Shown in pieces: positions 30,543-40,193 of a DNA stretch of 64,000 nucleotides. Below the pieces are notes generated by a model. The model saw only the letters and a list, made by a program, of their open reading frames with translations. It had not been told where the DNA came from and made no database searches. This DNA comes from a virus. Its lineage: Duplodnaviria > Caudoviricetes. The translations under genes and the position numbers were made by a program. Position 1 is the first letter of the stretch. Each line of letters starts with the position of its first letter. The DNA lies in the IMG/VR virus record IMGVR_UViG_3300018405_000011. One strand, given 5' to 3'.

Positions 30543-32621
30543 TTAAGTAATAGATTCGAGTGTTACATTAGACGTAGAGATATCAACGAAGAGATAATGT
30601 TCTTGGTCAATCTCAGGAATGACCACTTCACCACTATCAATCAGTGCAGTAAGAGGCTCGTCCTTCGGTAAATTCACAAGACTGCCTTGTTCAATGGTTG
30701 TAGACAGTTCTACATGTCCCATGGTTACCGACCAACTCTGAACACTTTGCCCTTGTTCGATAAACTCGTTAAATGCAGTTTGTGTCGTGATACCATAGAT
30801 AAGCAAAGATGGAAAATACAGCTCTCTCTTACGCTCACTGGCATCGCCGCCCAATATCATCACGTCGTAGGTGGTTAACGCATCCAGTATTTCAATCATT
30901 GCCCGTTGGCGTGCTCCAACTGTCGTACTGTTGTCACTGTAGTCAACGACCTCGGCTAATATACGGTTAGCTAAATCCCACCAGTCTTGAGTAGTTAATG
31001 CAGTAGCATCAATCCCTTTAGTGAATAACCAATCGTCATACCGTGTTCCTTCAGGTTCCGTTCTTAAACGAACGTTAGTCTGTAATCCATTAGCCACGTC
31101 ACGCATCATTGACCTAGACAAAGGCTCTCTATAGAACCCTTCTTCTAATAAAAGACGTAGGTCTTGATTTTGAAGCTGGTTAATAAAGATGACAAACTCG
31201 TCCATATTAAAGACGCTACGAAGGTTAACCAGATAGGTTAGTGTGTCACTGATGGTACTTAAAGTGATAGCGTCACTGTCTGTTAAAGCATGCAGTTCAT
31301 GGGCAGACGGGTAGTTTAGCGGAATAACGGATTTAACTTCAATCTCCGGCACAACAGAAGGTTGATTCTCTACACTGCGGCTAGCCGCATACATAAAGAG
31401 AGTAAAGGCATCTTTCGCCGTTAAGAACACATCTGCGCCATTAGGCACAACGATATTAAAGTCGGCTTGATATAAACCTAGATACGCCATGTATGCCCAG
31501 TAGTTCACCTTCATCGGTAAATTCACAATGGCTTGAGACACTAAAGTTCCGTCTTCATCGGCTTGATAAAGTTTCGTCGGAAGCTGATTGTAGACAAGGG
31601 ACGTGCCTTTGACTTCAGCACTCTCCGAGTCCGTATCCGCATCGTTAGTGTTATAGGGTGCATACCCCTTAGTTATCTCAAACACATCTGCGGTGCGCAT
31701 AGTGTCACCAGATGCAAGGCTCGGTACAGGCTCCCAGTAATTTGTCTTAGAGTAAAGTGGCGTACGCACATAGTTGCTTAATAGCGTATCGTCGAGTTGT
31801 AGAAAGTCAATGCGGGAAACTTTTAATCCGGCAGGCTTAGTGACGTTTAGCATAAGCCGTTCGAACTCTGCGGTAGTACCTGCATTTTTACGAATACCCG
31901 CAATGTTTCGATATAGCCATAGGGATTGGTTTAAACTTAAAAACCCTTTATAGTTATCCAGATTGTAGTGCCCAGATAAATATGACCATATCTCATACTG
32001 AGAGGCTTCATTTGTGTGCGCTTTGTCGTCACGTAGTCCCATGATTACTGGAACCAAGAACATAGACATCTGTCCGATGAATGCCGCTGGATACAGTGGG
32101 TCTGACGTCGCATAGTCAGGGTTCCAGTGTCGCTCATAGTGGGTTCTTACCCATTCCTGAACACGGGCAATTAAAGTGGTTTCGTTACTGGCAACTAATG
32201 AGCTGTTATAATCCAGTAACTGAAAGTCATCGGCTGCAATGGCCACTGCTTTATCAATAGGCTTAGTGATGCCATTGATTAACAATTCTTGCTTAGGGTA
32301 ACGGTTTACTAAATTCTGGTATTCATCGCCACCACGTGCATGTAGCAGTGCCGTTCTAGGATGATACAGTAATGTGTCACGGGTAAAAGGAATCTCTTCC
32401 TGAGTATCGGAAGAAAGAACCGTCATAGGAACATCAGTCGGGTAATATTCTCCGGCTAAGTTCATGTAATATTTCCAGTTAACGGGGTCATCGTCCACCG
32501 TTAACCCGTTGGCTTTTAAATAGTCATTAATGAGTGTATTCTGCAACTCGTATTTAAAGACCATAGAGCGCACCAACTCAACGGTGCTGTTGTAATAGAG
32601 TCTAAAGGTTTCAGATAGCAT
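30543..32621 (-). CDS. Virion structural protein (phiKZ gp128-like, baseplate)
   Basis: WKYYMNLAGEY, YP.QELLI.GI and LWLYRNI motifs; divergent from the portal gene. Confidence 0.65.
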   Translation of the reverse strand: MLSETFRLYYNSTVELVRSMVFKYELQNTLINDYLKANGLTVDDDPVNWKYYMNLAGEYYPTDVPMTVLSSDTQEEIPFTRDTLLYHPRTALLHARGGDEYQNLVNRYPKQELLINGITKPIDKAVAIAADDFQLLDYNSSLVASNETTLIARVQEWVRTHYERHWNPDYATSDPLYPAAFIGQMSMFLVPVIMGLRDDKAHTNEASQYEIWSYLSGHYNLDNYKGFLSLNQSLWLYRNIAGIRKNAGTTAEFERLMLNVTKPAGLKVSRIDFLQLDDTLLSNYVRTPLYSKTNYWEPVPSLASGDTMRTADVFEITKGYAPYNTNDADTDSESAEVKGTSLVYNQLPTKLYQADEDGTLVSQAIVNLPMKVNYWAYMAYLGLYQADFNIVVPNGADVFLTAKDAFTLFMYAASRSVENQPSVVPEIEVKSVIPLNYPSAHELHALTDSDAITLSTISDTLTYLVNLRSVFNMDEFVIFINQLQNQDLRLLLEEGFYREPLSRSMMRDVANGLQTNVRLRTEPEGTRYDDWLFTKGIDATALTTQDWWDLANRILAEVVDYSDNSTTVGARQRAMIEILDALTTYDVMILGGDASERKRELYFPSLLIYGITTQTAFNEFIEQGQSVQSWSVTMGHVELSTTIEQGSLVNLPKDEPLTALIDSGEVVIPEIDQEHYLFVDISTSNVTLESIT

Positions 32622-32739
32622 AATGGTCCTGTCTCCGGGTGTGGAACCCCTATTAAATTAGGGATTCACGATTTTGATTAATCGGGTGCTTAAATCGTCT
32701 AGTTCTGAAATCTTATAGATTCAATAAGGAGTTTATCAC

Positions 32740-35133
32740 ATGTCCGACACCACCAACGATGGGTTTCTTGTTCCCATTGATTCCATTTTAGCGGAGCGTA
32801 AGTCCGCCCAGAACGCAGCAGCCAATCAAACGGCAAACAAAGACCAGATTCGTGCGGTATTGGAAGAAACCACAAACCAGTTAAATAACGTCAGTGGGAT
32901 ACTCGAACTGCATCCTGACTTGCGTCTATGTATGGAAATCCGTACAGCAATGATCCTTTCTCCTAAGGACATGGTCACACCTAAACTTCGGTTTAAACTC
33001 GACCCTGATGTCTATCAGCCTGACGAGAAAGCGACAGAGTTATTGACGGAACTTACCGCCCACTTTAGAACCAGAACGCCATTAGAGCGGGACATGTCAA
33101 CCTTTATTGATGAAGCGCTCTTTTTATACGGCGCGCATATATGGTTGATGATTCCACCTAATACACTGGATACGGCTATCCAGGGTAATGAGTTCGGCAT
33201 GGAGTCTATCACTGACTTAGACACATATTGTAAAACACACGGTATTATAGCGCCAGAGCCAGAGGTAGAAGCGACCTTTAAGCGCCTAGGGATTTCGGGT
33301 ATTAGTGACAACTTAAATATCTTACGCCGTCCTGCTATTGAACAGGTACTAAAAGACCACCGCAATGCTGAAGTCAGTATGGAAAGTTACGGCAGTGCCC
33401 CTGTCTTCCGTAACCGTAAACGCGAGCTAATGAAGCTAAGTGCGCCTATTGGCGATAAAGCCAAAGGCGGCGACCCACTCATCTTTAAAATCCCGCCAGA
33501 TTGTATCTTACCCATACATGACCCGGCTGACCCATCACGTCATGTGGCCTACATCATCCAAGTCGACCAACACGGAAGTATTACTTCTGAAATGGAAGAA
33601 GCGAATTACTTTGAGAAGCTGCAGAAGCGTCTCTTAGCGGCTACGCAGAGTAATACGACTCAAGACTACATGACACTGAAAAACATGGGATTTGAAGGGA
33701 AGATGCGTGAAGAAGACCCCGCGGGGCTACTGCGTATGTATCGCAAGGAGATGGAAAAGACCATTGAGCAAGCAGTGCGTACTACGGGTGAAGATGGGTA
33801 CTTTAAACTGAAAGACCACGAACCTTTCTATCGCATGATGTTCTCACGCGCTCTAGAAGCACAGGAAACCCGATTGCTCTATGTGCCACACTACATGGTC
33901 GACTACATGGCGTTTGAGTACAACAGTATGGGCCATGGCGTATCTCTCTTAGAGAAAACACAGCTCTATTCATCTTTACGTGCCGTAGTGATGTTCTCTG
34001 ACCTAATCCGTCAGATGTCTAACTCTATCCCACAGAGAGATTTAAACATTACCCTCGATGCTAAAGACCGAGATGGTCCACGTACCGTACGTAACCTCGT
34101 TCATGAGTATGGGCGTATCATCGACCGAAGTATTCCACTAGGGACATTCTCACCAACCTCTATGATTGATGAGTTACGTCGCTCTGGAATTCGTGTAAAC
34201 GTAGATGGGGGCGAACGCTACCCTAATACGAAGTTAGAAGTTGAAGACCGTCAACGTCAAATTGCCCGTGTAGATGACGAGTTAGCTGAACAGTTAAAAC
34301 GTGCTCAATACGCGGGGCTATCTGTACCACCTGAAGTCATTGACCAGTCACTGCAAGGCGAGTTTGCTATTAACACGATTACATCAAACCAACTCTTTGC
34401 TAAACGTTCCATGGTTGACCAAGATACCTTTATTACACTGATGCGTAACCGCATCCGTAAATACATTTATCTATCCGACCATCTATGGAAAATGATTAGT
34501 GATATAGTGGGTGAAGCAAACGTAGACCGATTCATTGATGCCTTAGCTCCAGCACTGCCACGAGCTGATGAAGTCAGAATCGAACAGCAAATCGAAGCAT
34601 TTAATCGATATGCTGGGTTTATCGACGACGTAATGGAAGTGCACATTTCCGATACGATGTTACGCGGCTTAATCACCACCGATGTCTCGGGTGACGCCTT
34701 AGAGGAAATTCGAGCTATATTTGCTGCGCACTTTAAACGAGAGTACCTCATCTCTGAAAACATACTCCCTGAGTTACAACGCCTGTATGACCTAGAAGAT
34801 GCGGAAAACATTGCTGACCGTATTAATAGTTACCATAAAGACCTGTTCAAAACAGTAGGGCGTATTGTGAAAGGACTTATCATGACCAGCTCTAAACTTC
34901 AGAAAGAAGAAGATAAAGCAAATGATAAAGCCGGAGGAACGGCAGATGCACCTGCAGAAAGTCCATCTAGTGACCCATGGAGTACACCTGCACCGTCATG
35001 GGACTTTGGCACTACTGACGAAGAGGAAGAAACTCCCACTGAACCTGTAGAGGAAGACCTACCTGCTCCAGAAGAGGAAGAGGAAGAAATGCCACCTACG
35101 GAAGAAGAGGAAGAAACCCCTCCAACGCCATAA
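32740..35133 (+). CDS. Portal protein (phiKZ gp129 / SPN3US gp81-like)
   Basis: ILSPKDM, YVP...V.Y.AF.YN..G.G.SLLE and GL.VPPE.ID motifs; GMES and VSMES sites; acidic Pro-rich tail. Confidence 0.8.
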   Translation: MSDTTNDGFLVPIDSILAERKSAQNAAANQTANKDQIRAVLEETTNQLNNVSGILELHPDLRLCMEIRTAMILSPKDMVTPKLRFKLDPDVYQPDEKATELLTELTAHFRTRTPLERDMSTFIDEALFLYGAHIWLMIPPNTLDTAIQGNEFGMESITDLDTYCKTHGIIAPEPEVEATFKRLGISGISDNLNILRRPAIEQVLKDHRNAEVSMESYGSAPVFRNRKRELMKLSAPIGDKAKGGDPLIFKIPPDCILPIHDPADPSRHVAYIIQVDQHGSITSEMEEANYFEKLQKRLLAATQSNTTQDYMTLKNMGFEGKMREEDPAGLLRMYRKEMEKTIEQAVRTTGEDGYFKLKDHEPFYRMMFSRALEAQETRLLYVPHYMVDYMAFEYNSMGHGVSLLEKTQLYSSLRAVVMFSDLIRQMSNSIPQRDLNITLDAKDRDGPRTVRNLVHEYGRIIDRSIPLGTFSPTSMIDELRRSGIRVNVDGGERYPNTKLEVEDRQRQIARVDDELAEQLKRAQYAGLSVPPEVIDQSLQGEFAINTITSNQLFAKRSMVDQDTFITLMRNRIRKYIYLSDHLWKMISDIVGEANVDRFIDALAPALPRADEVRIEQQIEAFNRYAGFIDDVMEVHISDTMLRGLITTDVSGDALEEIRAIFAAHFKREYLISENILPELQRLYDLEDAENIADRINSYHKDLFKTVGRIVKGLIMTSSKLQKEEDKANDKAGGTADAPAESPSSDPWSTPAPSWDFGTTDEEEETPTEPVEEDLPAPEEEEEEMPPTEEEEETPPTP

Positions 35134-35160
35134 AGATACACTCGTAAACGTAAGACTTAA

Positions 35161-35196
35161 AATAGGTAAGAGCCTTTGTGCTCTTACCTATTTTTC
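35161..35196 (+). terminator. Intrinsic terminator after the portal gene
   Basis: AATAGGTAAGAGC / GCTCTTACCTATT plus T-run. Confidence 0.85.
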
Positions 35197-35220
35197 TATG
35201 TCGTTTAAAACCTATATTAC
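35193..35220 (+). promoter_or_regulatory. Early promoter
   Basis: TTTCTA-N8-AAAACCTATATTAC. Confidence 0.8.
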
Positions 35221-35254
35221 TATTTGAATAAGCCCTTTTAACGGAGATACCTTT

Positions 35255-35905
35255 ATGTATGTAGCATTGACTGACGACTGGTTAATGAAACCAGAACACC
35301 CACTATTATCTGCACTGCTCAGTAGACCTATATTAGCTCTCTATGAGGCAGAAGGTTTTAATGATGACGTGTGGACTTGCATCTGTGCTGTTACAGGCTT
35401 CTACAATGAAGACGTCGAAGTCTGTAACCAAGAAAGAGCTAAGGCTGCTCAAATCTTACTCGCCATTGCTAATTACTGTGCACTCTATAATGGTACCATT
35501 ATAGACTTGCTGGAAGAACCAGAGTGGACACATGCCTGGGGACAGTTACCGACTGTGATGGCTAATCAGTTTCAAGTCCCGCCTGCCGATAGAATCTATG
35601 ACTTCTACGCGGCACAAAATGTCAGCCGTGAGGATTTCTTTAAGTACATCAAACGCATTGAAACCGACACGTCTATCTTACCATCATTTATAACAAACTT
35701 ACTTTACCTGGAAGCCCATCCGGTATTAGCGTCATTTAAAGCAATGATTGACACGCATCTCATTACACCTACTGGTGGACTAAACTACACCGTCATTAAT
35801 CAGCTAGAACGTCTAGGCTACCGCCATCGCGTGATAGAGCGAGACTTATGTGACCCACTGCGTTGTGGTATAAAACTAAAGAAAGGGGAATTTTATTATG
35901 GGTAA
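35255..35905 (+). CDS. Hypothetical early protein
   Basis: GGAG RBS; first gene after the early promoter. Confidence 0.55.
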   Translation: MYVALTDDWLMKPEHPLLSALLSRPILALYEAEGFNDDVWTCICAVTGFYNEDVEVCNQERAKAAQILLAIANYCALYNGTIIDLLEEPEWTHAWGQLPTVMANQFQVPPADRIYDFYAAQNVSREDFFKYIKRIETDTSILPSFITNLLYLEAHPVLASFKAMIDTHLITPTGGLNYTVINQLERLGYRHRVIERDLCDPLRCGIKLKKGEFYYG

Positions 35906-36758
35906 CTGTGTGTATTTGAGCCGCAATTGGTATGCGGCTCTTTTAGTCTTAATCAGTGTTTCATTAACCGTAAACGTATATTCGATACTGGAGGTCAGTG
36001 ACCTAAAAGGACAGAAAGCAGAGCTTCTGGTAAAAAAGGAAAACTTACACGACTACATCGATGAGCTCGAGTATACTAATGAAGACCTGTTAGTTCAAAT
36101 AGGCAGTCTAAAAGACGAGATGGATGAAACGGCGGATATGCTCGATACGTTGCCCTATGCTAAGCTTTGGTCACCCAAACAAAACCTTGCACAATGGCAA
36201 GAAGAGCTCTGTCTATCTATCTTACTGTTTGGTGAAGAAAGAGCCGGTTCACGTAAAGACATGGTCTTTATTGCTAACAGTGTCTATGAACGGGTAGGGC
36301 TATCGTGGTATGAAGGCAATGCCTGTCTAGTAGCAGCCGAAGGCTATGGGACGCAGTTTACATCTATGAAGCCCTACGCTAAAATCTTAAAGGAGATTGT
36401 TTGGGGTAAGGTAAAAGACTTTACACCAGTAGAAGCCCGTAGTAATGCAATCGAAGCCCGTAAATGGGAACAGATACGCAAACTGGCTAAAGATATCCTT
36501 TCGGGTAAAGAACGTAAATACATTCAGGCGACTCACTTTATCGCATTAGATAAATTAAAAGTAGTTCCTGGATGGGCAAAGGCCATGCGGCCAGTAGCCG
36601 TTTCGTCAGGCCATGTCTTTTTTACCGAGTATGATATTATCGATGGGAAAATCGTTCGCTATACAGAAGACAATCCGTTTAACCAAGCACAATACAATCT
36701 TGCAGGTTGGGAAAACCCACAGTACGACACTGCACCAATATACCTAGGGCGCTATTAA
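35898..36758 (+). CDS. SleB-like cell wall hydrolase (Hydrolase_2) with N-terminal membrane anchor and coiled coil
   Basis: CLSILLFGEERAG (catalytic Glu), QFTS, ATHF and GHVFF match the SleB pattern; N-terminal TM WYAALLVLISVSLTVNVY. Confidence 0.7.
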   Translation: MGNCVYLSRNWYAALLVLISVSLTVNVYSILEVSDLKGQKAELLVKKENLHDYIDELEYTNEDLLVQIGSLKDEMDETADMLDTLPYAKLWSPKQNLAQWQEELCLSILLFGEERAGSRKDMVFIANSVYERVGLSWYEGNACLVAAEGYGTQFTSMKPYAKILKEIVWGKVKDFTPVEARSNAIEARKWEQIRKLAKDILSGKERKYIQATHFIALDKLKVVPGWAKAMRPVAVSSGHVFFTEYDIIDGKIVRYTEDNPFNQAQYNLAGWENPQYDTAPIYLGRY

Positions 36759-36773
36759 CGCCCTAGGTTTTAT
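36742..36773 (+). terminator. Intrinsic terminator overlapping the stop codon
   Basis: ACCTAGGGCG / CGCCCTAGGT plus TTTATT. Confidence 0.7.
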
Positions 36774-36801
36774 TACACCGACTTTTAAATTGGAGACCAT
36801 A

Positions 36802-37350
36802 ATGGCTAAGTCACGCAAAAAGAAATATAACCCGAATAAAACCGCCGGTAGTGTCCGTCAGCGCTTTTTTGAAAATATCTGGATTTCGGATAGCTCCGTT
36901 GTTTATCAGGCCACCGTGCACAATGCCGACGGTAAAGGGATAACGCCATTAGGGATTCCATCCGATATGCGGGCAACATGGATACGTGAGCTTAATACCA
37001 GTAAGTTTCCGTGGACGTTTGTTTTCTTTGCCTTTGACTCGACCGCAAAAGACTTTAGTTATGCCGAGGTACCTGCCTCACGTCCATGCAGTTCTATAGA
37101 GCTGATTGACGACATTAACGTGGCTCTACAAGACTATTTAAATGGTTTCGAGCACGGAGTGGATGCCTGGGGTTGGGTTGCTGTTCCTTCTCATACTGTC
37201 GACATTGAGGCTAACGCTCTCGCATGGGGTCAGTACTTCGAATCTATAGGTATCTATGACCTAGATAAAATCGAACGTTTTAAAACCATCCGCATTTTAG
37301 GAGAAAATCAAAATGGCTTATCAACGAGTAATGTTGACGCTGGACATTAA
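36802..37350 (+). CDS. Hypothetical protein
   Basis: ATG 36802 after GGAG; basic N-terminus MAKSRKKKYNPNK. Confidence 0.55.
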   Translation: MAKSRKKKYNPNKTAGSVRQRFFENIWISDSSVVYQATVHNADGKGITPLGIPSDMRATWIRELNTSKFPWTFVFFAFDSTAKDFSYAEVPASRPCSSIELIDDINVALQDYLNGFEHGVDAWGWVAVPSHTVDIEANALAWGQYFESIGIYDLDKIERFKTIRILGENQNGLSTSNVDAGH

Positions 37351-37840
37351 GCGCCATACAGTGCATGCGTCTATTCTAGAAACATTAAAGCATTTTGCTT
37401 ACTTATTGGGAGTTGAGCGCTACAAGGAAGCACAGAACCGTTTTGACGGAGAAAAGGCCTCGCCTCGTATTAGAAAGCTTTTCCATGAACTGATGACCTC
37501 TACCTTAGATGACCCTACGTGGAAACACAGCAGTATCCAAGAAGGGCCGGGTTATTTTCGACTAGAAGCTTCCTTTATTAGCACCTTAAGCTACGAAGGT
37601 GCCTTTGAGCTTTTGCATCTTTTAAGGCACCACTTTAGATGCGAAGCCAACCGCCCCATCATCATTGTACACGTCGAAGGTAGGAATACTTACTTTGTGC
37701 ATATGGTAAACGCTAAGCGTGAGCTATATCACTGTATCGTACCTTTTACTGACAGCATTAATTTACAAACCCCGCATGATGTACTGGCAGAACGCGTAGC
37801 TGAGTACATTGCGGCAAACCATAAAGAAGAGGCGATTTAA
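37313..37840 (+). CDS. Hypothetical protein (EGPGY paralog 1)
   Basis: AGGAG RBS; shares a motif with the next gene. Confidence 0.55.
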   Translation: MAYQRVMLTLDIKRHTVHASILETLKHFAYLLGVERYKEAQNRFDGEKASPRIRKLFHELMTSTLDDPTWKHSSIQEGPGYFRLEASFISTLSYEGAFELLHLLRHHFRCEANRPIIIVHVEGRNTYFVHMVNAKRELYHCIVPFTDSINLQTPHDVLAERVAEYIAANHKEEAI

Positions 37841-37842
37841 AA

Positions 37843-38334
37843 ATGAACACTTATTATATCAAAGTCCGCATTAATACGGAAACCGCAAGTGAGTTAGCAT
37901 GTAATACCCTAAAGCGTTTAATGGCAGAATGTGGAAACTCGCTGTATGACATTAAAACGCCACCTCTGTCTGAAGTAAAGAGTGGGTTTATTGTCTCCCC
38001 AGGACCACGTCAGTACACAGGCGAAGAAGGGCCAGGGTATTTAGGCGCGGAGCTCTATTTTACAGGTACGGGTTCCCTAACGGAATTCTTTAAACTCCTT
38101 TATGAACATGTCATTGACCATTCCAACATGTTGTTATTGAAACGACATCGAGCGGTAGGGTTATACACCACCTACTATTACGATGCATCGGATGACTCTC
38201 CAATACAGGTGCCGTTATCTAAGGGAGATGGGGCTGAAGCCCTAGATGCTTATTTTACTAACGATTTCAAAATCGGTAACCGTACCCATTTAGGGATTCG
38301 TAAAACATTGGAAGGTTTACATGCAGTACTCTGA
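37843..38334 (+). CDS. Hypothetical protein (EGPGY paralog 2)
   Basis: GAGG RBS; EEGPGY motif. Confidence 0.55.
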   Translation: MNTYYIKVRINTETASELACNTLKRLMAECGNSLYDIKTPPLSEVKSGFIVSPGPRQYTGEEGPGYLGAELYFTGTGSLTEFFKLLYEHVIDHSNMLLLKRHRAVGLYTTYYYDASDDSPIQVPLSKGDGAEALDAYFTNDFKIGNRTHLGIRKTLEGLHAVL

Positions 38335-38593
38335 GTTAGATGTAGCCTTATTTAATCGTTTAGCTAAAGCCCTTTCTTTAAAGAGACTTTTAAAACGAAG
38401 AGATAATTACCCGACACAGGGCGAGCAAACGTACCTATGTGGAGCAAGGGAGTTCGCCATTGTTTCACATATCCCTGCTTTAACGATGGCCGGTAAGGAG
38501 TACCGGCGCGCAGTGGTGTACGTAGATGAAACAGTAAGAGACGGAATGTTAGAGCAATACCTGTTAGGAGATACGGATGGCAATCCAGTTTAA
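38321..38593 (+). CDS. Hypothetical protein
   Basis: 90 aa, overlaps both neighbours, GGAAGG RBS. Confidence 0.45.
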   Translation: MQYSELDVALFNRLAKALSLKRLLKRRDNYPTQGEQTYLCGAREFAIVSHIPALTMAGKEYRRAVVYVDETVRDGMLEQYLLGDTDGNPV

Positions 38594-39197
38594 TATCAAA
38601 AATGGTTCTACTGTGGTTAATCGCCCAGCCTTAAAACTCGCCACTATAGGGTTTAAGATGACGCAGGGTAAGTCAATGATATTAGAGACGGAAGATTTTG
38701 CACGTGCTGTGCTGCTAGCATCAGCCCTTAAGTCGACCGGTGTATCTTACTACTGTAAGGTAAAGCCTACCGGGCGCTATAAACAGGCTGGCTATGCCGT
38801 GATACTACGAAACTGGGCAATCATGCTACTCGCACTGTCCTCCATATTGCAGTATGTATTACCTGTGGCTGTAGTTGCGGTTCACTTCTTTAGTATTTTA
38901 TCGGTAATACTTATAGGGAGAACGTTCTTTAGCCGACACGCGAAAATCTATGGGTTTTTAGCACATTGCTTTAGAAACAACCCAGCTAAGCGATACCATT
39001 TCTCAGAGTCGGGACACGGAGGCAGTTATCTTTCTGTTCACTTTAATGATAAAACGTTAGTCTCGGTGTTTAAGAAGGGGAACGTGAAGGAGAACATGTA
39101 CAATGTACAGTCAGACTATCTATCAACAACGACCGTACTGTCGATTAGTGAAATGATAGTAGCCGATGTAATTGGATTAGTTAAGACACTAAAATAA
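38577..39197 (+). CDS. Hypothetical membrane protein
   Basis: GGAG RBS; two adjacent hydrophobic segments (WAIMLLALSSILQYVLPVAVVAVHFFSILSVILIG). Confidence 0.55.
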   Translation: MAIQFNIKNGSTVVNRPALKLATIGFKMTQGKSMILETEDFARAVLLASALKSTGVSYYCKVKPTGRYKQAGYAVILRNWAIMLLALSSILQYVLPVAVVAVHFFSILSVILIGRTFFSRHAKIYGFLAHCFRNNPAKRYHFSESGHGGSYLSVHFNDKTLVSVFKKGNVKENMYNVQSDYLSTTTVLSISEMIVADVIGLVKTLK

Positions 39198-39202
39198 GAT
39201 AT

Positions 39203-39240
39203 CTAGAGGTATAGGGTTTCCCCTATACCTCTAGCCTTTT
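39203..39240 (+). terminator. Intrinsic terminator
   Basis: 14 bp stem CTAGAGGTATAGGG / CCCTATACCTCTAG plus CCTTTT. Confidence 0.8.
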
Positions 39241-39301
39241 AAACATTTCTTTTTTATTTGTGTGCGGAAATCATGTGAACCAGATAAGAGGATTTATAAC
39301 C

Positions 39302-40180
39302 ATGACTAAACTTACCATTTCAGACAATGAACTCATGCAGGCATTTACTGGCTTAGGTGCTGAGGTAGACTACGCTCAGCGCATTGTCGAGTTCCGCGCG
39401 CAGATTGAAGCTATGGGCATTAACACGCCTAACCGATGGGCATGTTTTATCGGACAGTGTGCCCACGAGTCCGCGGGTTTTACTGTATTTGAAGAAAACC
39501 TATATTACAGCTATACCGCACTTATGAAAGTATGGCCTTCACGTTTTCCTAATGCGGCATCAGCAAAACCCTACCATCGTAAGCCTGAAGCCATTGCCAA
39601 TAAGGTTTATGGTGGACGTATGGGGAATGATACGAAAGGGGATGGCTATCTCTACCGTGGACGAGGTCCTATTCAGCTTACCGGTAAAGATAACTACATT
39701 AAAGCCGGTACAGCAATTCGCTTAAACCTAGTAGAGCAACCCTCCTTAGTCAGTGAAGACCCTGTCTATGGCATCATGGTAGCAGCGTGGTTCTTTAGCA
39801 CGAATAAGAAAGACGGAAAGTCTATCCTAGAATGGGCAGACAACCTATCGCATAAAATGGTTACTCGCATTATCAACGGGGGTTACCATGGGCTAAATGA
39901 CCGCATTGTAAAGTCAAACTTTGCCCTTTCTGTTTTCGGTATTGACGAAGGTCGATTTAAACGTCCACTTATCCGTCTGGGTGACCGCAGTGATGCTGTC
40001 CTAGAAGTACAGCGCTATCTAAAAGCCTTAGGTTATTTACATAGCGCGGATAAAGTATATGGCCCTAGAACCCAACAAGCCATTATTCAGTTCCAGAAAG
40101 ATCATGGTTTAGTGGCTGACGGCATTGTTGGCGGGACAACCTATTTAACCCTTACCACTCACGTACTACAAAATAAATAA
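39302..40180 (+). CDS. Endolysin: GH19 (chitinase/lysozyme-like) domain plus C-terminal peptidoglycan-binding domain
   Basis: FIGQCAHESAGF..FEENL.YS, YRGRGPIQLTGKDNY, INGG..GL.DR; C-terminal LGDRS.AV..VQ..L and DGIVG..T. ATG 39302 after GAGGA. Confidence 0.85.
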   Translation: MTKLTISDNELMQAFTGLGAEVDYAQRIVEFRAQIEAMGINTPNRWACFIGQCAHESAGFTVFEENLYYSYTALMKVWPSRFPNAASAKPYHRKPEAIANKVYGGRMGNDTKGDGYLYRGRGPIQLTGKDNYIKAGTAIRLNLVEQPSLVSEDPVYGIMVAAWFFSTNKKDGKSILEWADNLSHKMVTRIINGGYHGLNDRIVKSNFALSVFGIDEGRFKRPLIRLGDRSDAVLEVQRYLKALGYLHSADKVYGPRTQQAIIQFQKDHGLVADGIVGGTTYLTLTTHVLQNK

Positions 40181-40193
40181 AAGCGGGCACAAT

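Noticed and set aside
35020-35130. GAAGAG-rich stretch as a tandem repeat or DGR variable region
   Set aside because: Explained by poly-Glu/Pro codons of the portal tail; no template/variable repeat pair or reverse transcriptase is present.
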